From: Candidatus Latescibacterota bacterium
GTDB taxonomy: Bacteria > Latescibacterota > UBA2968 > GCA-2709665
Assembly (NCBI GenBank): GCA_965226795.1
Contig: CBDDDZ010000003.1
Coordinates: 256,001 to 320,000, forward strand
Length of the DNA stretch: 64,000 nucleotides
Direction of reading: 5' to 3'
Shown: positions 60,095 to 64,000 of the stretch, piece after piece
Numbering within the stretch: position 1 is the stretch's first letter
Layout: each line of letters begins with the position of its first letter
Notes under the pieces: model-generated
Database searches by the model: none
What the model saw: the letters and a program-made list of their open reading frames with translations, nothing else
What the model was told of the DNA's origin: nothing
Program-made: the position numbers and the translations under genes

Positions 60095-61528
60095 ATGGTC
60101 GCGACAAATCATCTTCTGACGGACGCGCAGATCCAGCGGTTTATTCTTGACGGTTACATTACGGTACAAACGGATGCAATCCCGGAAACTCACGGCAAGA
60201 TCCATGACCAGATCGAGACGGTATTTGAGAAAGAGGGCAACGTCGGCAACAATATTCTGCCCCGCGTTCCCCGGATCCAGGAGGTATTCGATCAGCCGGT
60301 GGTGCGTGGCGCGTTGACGAGCCTCCTCGGACCCGATTACATCATGAATCCGCATAGGCATTGCCATCTGAATCCGCCGGGCAGCAGGGGGCAGAGCTGG
60401 CACAAAGATTGTTACGTGTACGATCATAATATTCGACATTCACGATTTCAGTGGCTGCTGGCCTTTTACTATCCCCAGGATACAACGGCGGACATGGGAC
60501 CCTCGGGGGTGATTCCGCGCAAGCAGAACTACAAGACCCTTTCGAATGCCGGTCCGAAATCGGCCGTTGAGCCGGGGTATTCCATCTGCGGCGATGCCGG
60601 AATTGTCACATTGATGCATTTCGATTCATGGCACCGGGCGACGCCCAACGTGAGCAATAAAAAAAGGTATATGCTGAAGTTTCAGTTTACGCGCCTTCGC
60701 GAACCGCGGGCGCCCGCGTGGAACCACCGGAATGCAGCCTGGACGACCCCGGACGATGATGCCAACCCGGCTGTTTCCATGGATGTTTGGCGCTGGATGC
60801 GGGGACAGGCCGTCAACGGGCGTTCAGACGCGATTGGGGAGCTGAAGGAGGAAGGGCTGTTCGCCGGGGACGAGTGCGTGCGTGTAAACGCGGCATATGC
60901 GTTCGCCAAAGACAAGACATCGATACCTCTTCTCGTAGACGCGATGCGCAAGGAGACACTGGCTGCCATCGAGGAAACGACAGCGAAGACGGCTGACAAC
61001 GCTCACGGGACCAATCCCACGCCGGGAGCGGCTGCGCGGGCATTGTCAACCATGGGCGCGTCGGCTGTCCCCGCGCTACTGGAGGTGCTGAAGGACAATC
61101 ACTGGTGGATTCGCGCGATAGCGGCGGATGTGCTCGCCCGGACGGGGCCGGAGGCGCACACCGCAGTATCCGGCCTTCTCGAGAAGATAGGCGACGATCA
61201 CTGGTGGGTCCGTCGCAATGCGCTGGAAGCGTTGCGTTCCATCGGGGCAGATTCGGAGGATGTACTGCCTGCGGTGTTCCGGGCGGTAAAGGATCCCGAT
61301 TACCGGGTACGGCGCAACGCGGCGTTGGTGCTTTGCAACCTCGGCGAAGCGGGGGATCCGGCGGTAACTGACCTGGTAGACGTCCTGCGGGATGAGAATC
61401 GCTACAACCGGTTTTATGCGGGGCTGGCCCTGCGACGAATCGGTACGCCCCGGGCACGGAACGCCCTGCTGGATTCGCTGATGACGGCGCGGTGGTGTGC
61501 AGTCACGACGGCGGACGATCTCTATTGA
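60095..61528 (+). CDS. PhyH-like dioxygenase fused to HEAT repeats
   Basis: WHKD...WHR triad followed by HEAT/PBS-lyase repeats (DDHWWVRRNALEAL). Confidence 0.88.
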   Translation: MVATNHLLTDAQIQRFILDGYITVQTDAIPETHGKIHDQIETVFEKEGNVGNNILPRVPRIQEVFDQPVVRGALTSLLGPDYIMNPHRHCHLNPPGSRGQSWHKDCYVYDHNIRHSRFQWLLAFYYPQDTTADMGPSGVIPRKQNYKTLSNAGPKSAVEPGYSICGDAGIVTLMHFDSWHRATPNVSNKKRYMLKFQFTRLREPRAPAWNHRNAAWTTPDDDANPAVSMDVWRWMRGQAVNGRSDAIGELKEEGLFAGDECVRVNAAYAFAKDKTSIPLLVDAMRKETLAAIEETTAKTADNAHGTNPTPGAAARALSTMGASAVPALLEVLKDNHWWIRAIAADVLARTGPEAHTAVSGLLEKIGDDHWWVRRNALEALRSIGADSEDVLPAVFRAVKDPDYRVRRNAALVLCNLGEAGDPAVTDLVDVLRDENRYNRFYAGLALRRIGTPRARNALLDSLMTARWCAVTTADDLY

Positions 61529-61535
61529 GCATCGT

Positions 61536-63365
61536 TCAAATTACGCCGTGAAGGGGGCCGTTGCGCTCACCCAGACGATCGACTTTTCGCGTAATTTGTG
61601 GGTCTTCAACCAGAGGCGGCGCATGGTGGGGCTTCAGACGGGCGTCGATGACCAGTGGCCCGCTGCAGCCCCAGTGTTTGTTTTCAATAAAACTCCTGAC
61701 ACCGTAAATGTCGTGCGATGGGTTTGATCGCGTAAACGTAACCCATAACAGATTGTTCAGCGTGCGCGAGGTGAAGTCGGTGTCGTCCACAAACAGGATC
61801 AGGGGAAAGCCCTGAACCTGATCAGCAAATTCCAGGGCCGCGGTCAGCCGTTGGGCCGTTTCCGCGTCGGCAGGAGTGTTATAGCGGGGCGCTTCTACGG
61901 CTAGAATGCCCGGAAGCGCAACCCGTGGATTTTCTAACGCTTCGGGCAGGATCAGGTTGTGTGGAATCTCGGTGGGCAGATCCCGCCTTTTTGCGCCCGC
62001 CGCGGCGATCACGACCTTGGAACCCTCGTTCAGGCCGGTGCCGGAATAGTCCAGGGTATCGATGGTGGTGCGGGTCTGAAAGTGGAGGTCGCGAGTCCAG
62101 TCCACCCGTTCGAGCAGATGGCGAAGAAAGTCGGCGATGTTGTGAATGTCCAGTTGCGGATTGTCTTCGCCAGCGACGATTAACAGATACTTGGCGAGCG
62201 AGCACGCGCCGAATCCCAGCAGGGCGTTGGCAATGGTAAGGATCTCCTGCGGTTGCCGTGCGCGATAGGGCACGTAACGCTCGCTGCCGATGGCCAGGAG
62301 AAGGGGGTGGACGCCGGCGGCGTCGACGGCGTTGATGGCCTTAAGGCCGGGAAGTTCGACAGGGACCATGGGGCCCGTCAATTCGTGAATGAGTTCCCCG
62401 AAGGCGGTGTCTTCCTGCGGCGGGCGTCCTACAACCGTGAAGGGCCAGACCGCGTCCTTTCGGTGATAAACGGTCTCGACGTTCAACACCGGGAATTCGT
62501 GCGCCAGGCTGTAATATCCCAGGTGGTCGCCGAATGGACCTTCGGGCAGGGTTTCGCCAGGGTTTACGGTGCCCGTTATGCAAAAATCGGCTTCGGCGGA
62601 TATGGTGAAGCCGTTTTTTAGTGCATAACGGAACCGGCGGCCGGCCAGCCCTCCCGCAAAAGCGACTTCGGGCAGGCCTTCGGGAAGGGGCATAACCGCT
62701 GCGAAAGTGTGGGCGGGCGGCCCGCCAACAAAAACGCTTACCCGAAGGGGCTCGCCTTTGGCGATGGCGTTTGTATGGTGGATGCCGATGTCCCGCCGGA
62801 TCTGGTAGTGCAGCCCAACCTCTCTGTCGGGTTCGTACTGGTTGCCCGACATCTGAATCCGGTACATCCCCAGGTTGGATTTGAGAATACCGGGATTCAG
62901 AGGATCTTCGGTGTAAACCTGGGGGAGCAGGATGAAGGCGCCGCCGTCGTCCGGCCAGCACTTGATCTGCGGGAGGCGGGAGATTGTGGTGGTGTGCCTG
63001 AGAACGGGACCGGACCGGACCTTTCGGGGCGGTATATTCGGCGCGATGCGGGCGATACCCGCGGCTTTCCAGGGCGCTTTCAGATAGGCGGGCGGGTCGG
63101 CCTTGATTTCGATAAGACGCCTGACCCACTCGAAGGTGGATCGGAAGATGAAGCGGGAACGCTCAAGCGTGCCGAAAAGGTTCGACACGGCCGGGAAATC
63201 GCAGCCTTTGACGTTCTCGTAAAAAAGGACCGGGCCGCGGGACTGGTAGACGCGGCGGTGAATTTCGGCCATTTCAAGGTTGGGATCCACTTCATCCCGG
63301 ATCCGGACAAGGTGGCCATGTTTTTCCAGGTCCTGGATACAGTGGAGCATGCTTTCGTAACGCAT
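61536..63365 (-). CDS. UbiD-family (prFMN) decarboxylase
   Basis: NLGMYR, EGPFGDH and VGRPPQED motifs; possibly menaquinone-related (inference). Confidence 0.92.
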   Translation of the reverse strand: MRYESMLHCIQDLEKHGHLVRIRDEVDPNLEMAEIHRRVYQSRGPVLFYENVKGCDFPAVSNLFGTLERSRFIFRSTFEWVRRLIEIKADPPAYLKAPWKAAGIARIAPNIPPRKVRSGPVLRHTTTISRLPQIKCWPDDGGAFILLPQVYTEDPLNPGILKSNLGMYRIQMSGNQYEPDREVGLHYQIRRDIGIHHTNAIAKGEPLRVSVFVGGPPAHTFAAVMPLPEGLPEVAFAGGLAGRRFRYALKNGFTISAEADFCITGTVNPGETLPEGPFGDHLGYYSLAHEFPVLNVETVYHRKDAVWPFTVVGRPPQEDTAFGELIHELTGPMVPVELPGLKAINAVDAAGVHPLLLAIGSERYVPYRARQPQEILTIANALLGFGACSLAKYLLIVAGEDNPQLDIHNIADFLRHLLERVDWTRDLHFQTRTTIDTLDYSGTGLNEGSKVVIAAAGAKRRDLPTEIPHNLILPEALENPRVALPGILAVEAPRYNTPADAETAQRLTAALEFADQVQGFPLILFVDDTDFTSRTLNNLLWVTFTRSNPSHDIYGVRSFIENKHWGCSGPLVIDARLKPHHAPPLVEDPQITRKVDRLGERNGPLHGVI

Positions 63366-63450
63366 CGTTTCCCCGGCTGAAGTGAATTAACGGAGCGATT
63401 GTCGTTTAGACCGGCAACCGGTGAAGCTCGACCAGAGACGCCTGCAGGGC

Positions 63451-63469
63451 GGCTGAGCCTGTCGAAGCC
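63451..63469 (+). repeat. CTGAGCCTGTCGAAG-type repeat
   Basis: GGCTGAGCCTGTCGAAGCC. Confidence 0.65.
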
Positions 63470-63565
63470 GTGGCGGGCGCCCGTACCTGATCGTTAATGC
63501 AGGACGCTATGTTTTTAGGTAAACAATCCGGATGGCGCTGTCAACACAAAGGTGAGGAATAACAG

Positions 63566-64000
63566 GTGGATCTATCGAAAAGGAAAATCTGTTCGACCGC
63601 TGAGCACGGTTTCCGGACGAGTAACCAATATCGCATCCCAACACGTGACGGGATCTCTCTAGGCGCGACGATAACCCGGCCGTTGGCCGGAGATGCGTAT
63701 CCGGCACTGGTGTGGTACGACCCGTACCGGGGGGGATCGGACGGATCCACGGCGCCGATTGCCCGTTACTTCGCAGAGCGTGGGTATGCATTTGTCTATT
63801 TGAATGCGCGGGGGACGGGTAATTCGGAGGGTGTAAGCAAGGATGAGTATATGGCGGAGGAAACCCAGGACGGATTTGACGCCATCGGATGGCTCGCGGA
63901 TCAGCTATGGTGCAATGGACGTGTGGGGATGCTGGGTACTTCCTATAGCGGTTTCACGACGTTGCAGGTTGCTGCAACGGCTCCGCCTGCGCTGAAGGCG
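63566..64000 (+). CDS. CocE/NonD-family hydrolase (runs off window end)
   Basis: Not in the ORF track. Manual translation from GTG at 63566: IPTRDGISL...DPYR...RGTGNSEG...WCNGRVGMLGTSYSG...PPALKA. Confidence 0.92.
   Translation, partial: MDLSKRKICSTAEHGFRTSNQYRIPTRDGISLGATITRPLAGDAYPALVWYDPYRGGSDGSTAPIARYFAERGYAFVYLNARGTGNSEGVSKDEYMAEETQDGFDAIGWLADQLWCNGRVGMLGTSYSGFTTLQVAATAPPALKA

Overview
A 64-kb GC-rich bacterial chromosome segment. Gene content (cohesin/dockerin-like and FlgD-type secreted proteins, plant-type LRR, ankyrin, TPR, PhyH dioxygenases, sulfatase) suggests a Latescibacterota-like, possibly host-associated organism; this is inference only. Intact housekeeping and metabolic genes include tmRNA (tag ADNTYAMAA), ilvD, glpK, lpxH, msrA, gltA, polA, a TRAP transporter, dsbD and a UbiD-family gene. 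There is also a BrnT/BrnA toxin-antitoxin pair and about seven disrupted accessory genes. The most striking unexplained signal is non-coding: eight intergenic copies of a 190-470 nt modular repeat between 3 and 39 kb. Its conserved 3' core shows compensatory base changes in four helices and fits an H-type pseudoknot with a pyrimidine-motif triple helix, followed by an A-rich tail. It carries an optional nested 33-nt palindrome and sits among three other small repeat families. Other candidates are a coupled pair of STAND-like ATPases (one with 43-aa TPR-like repeats) behind an operator-overlapped promoter, an in-frame 72-nt palindromic insertion in lpxH, and a 23-bp triplication frameshifting a cohesin-dockerin-LRR gene. 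No CRISPR array, integrase, transposase, rRNA or tRNA was seen. All alignments were done by eye.
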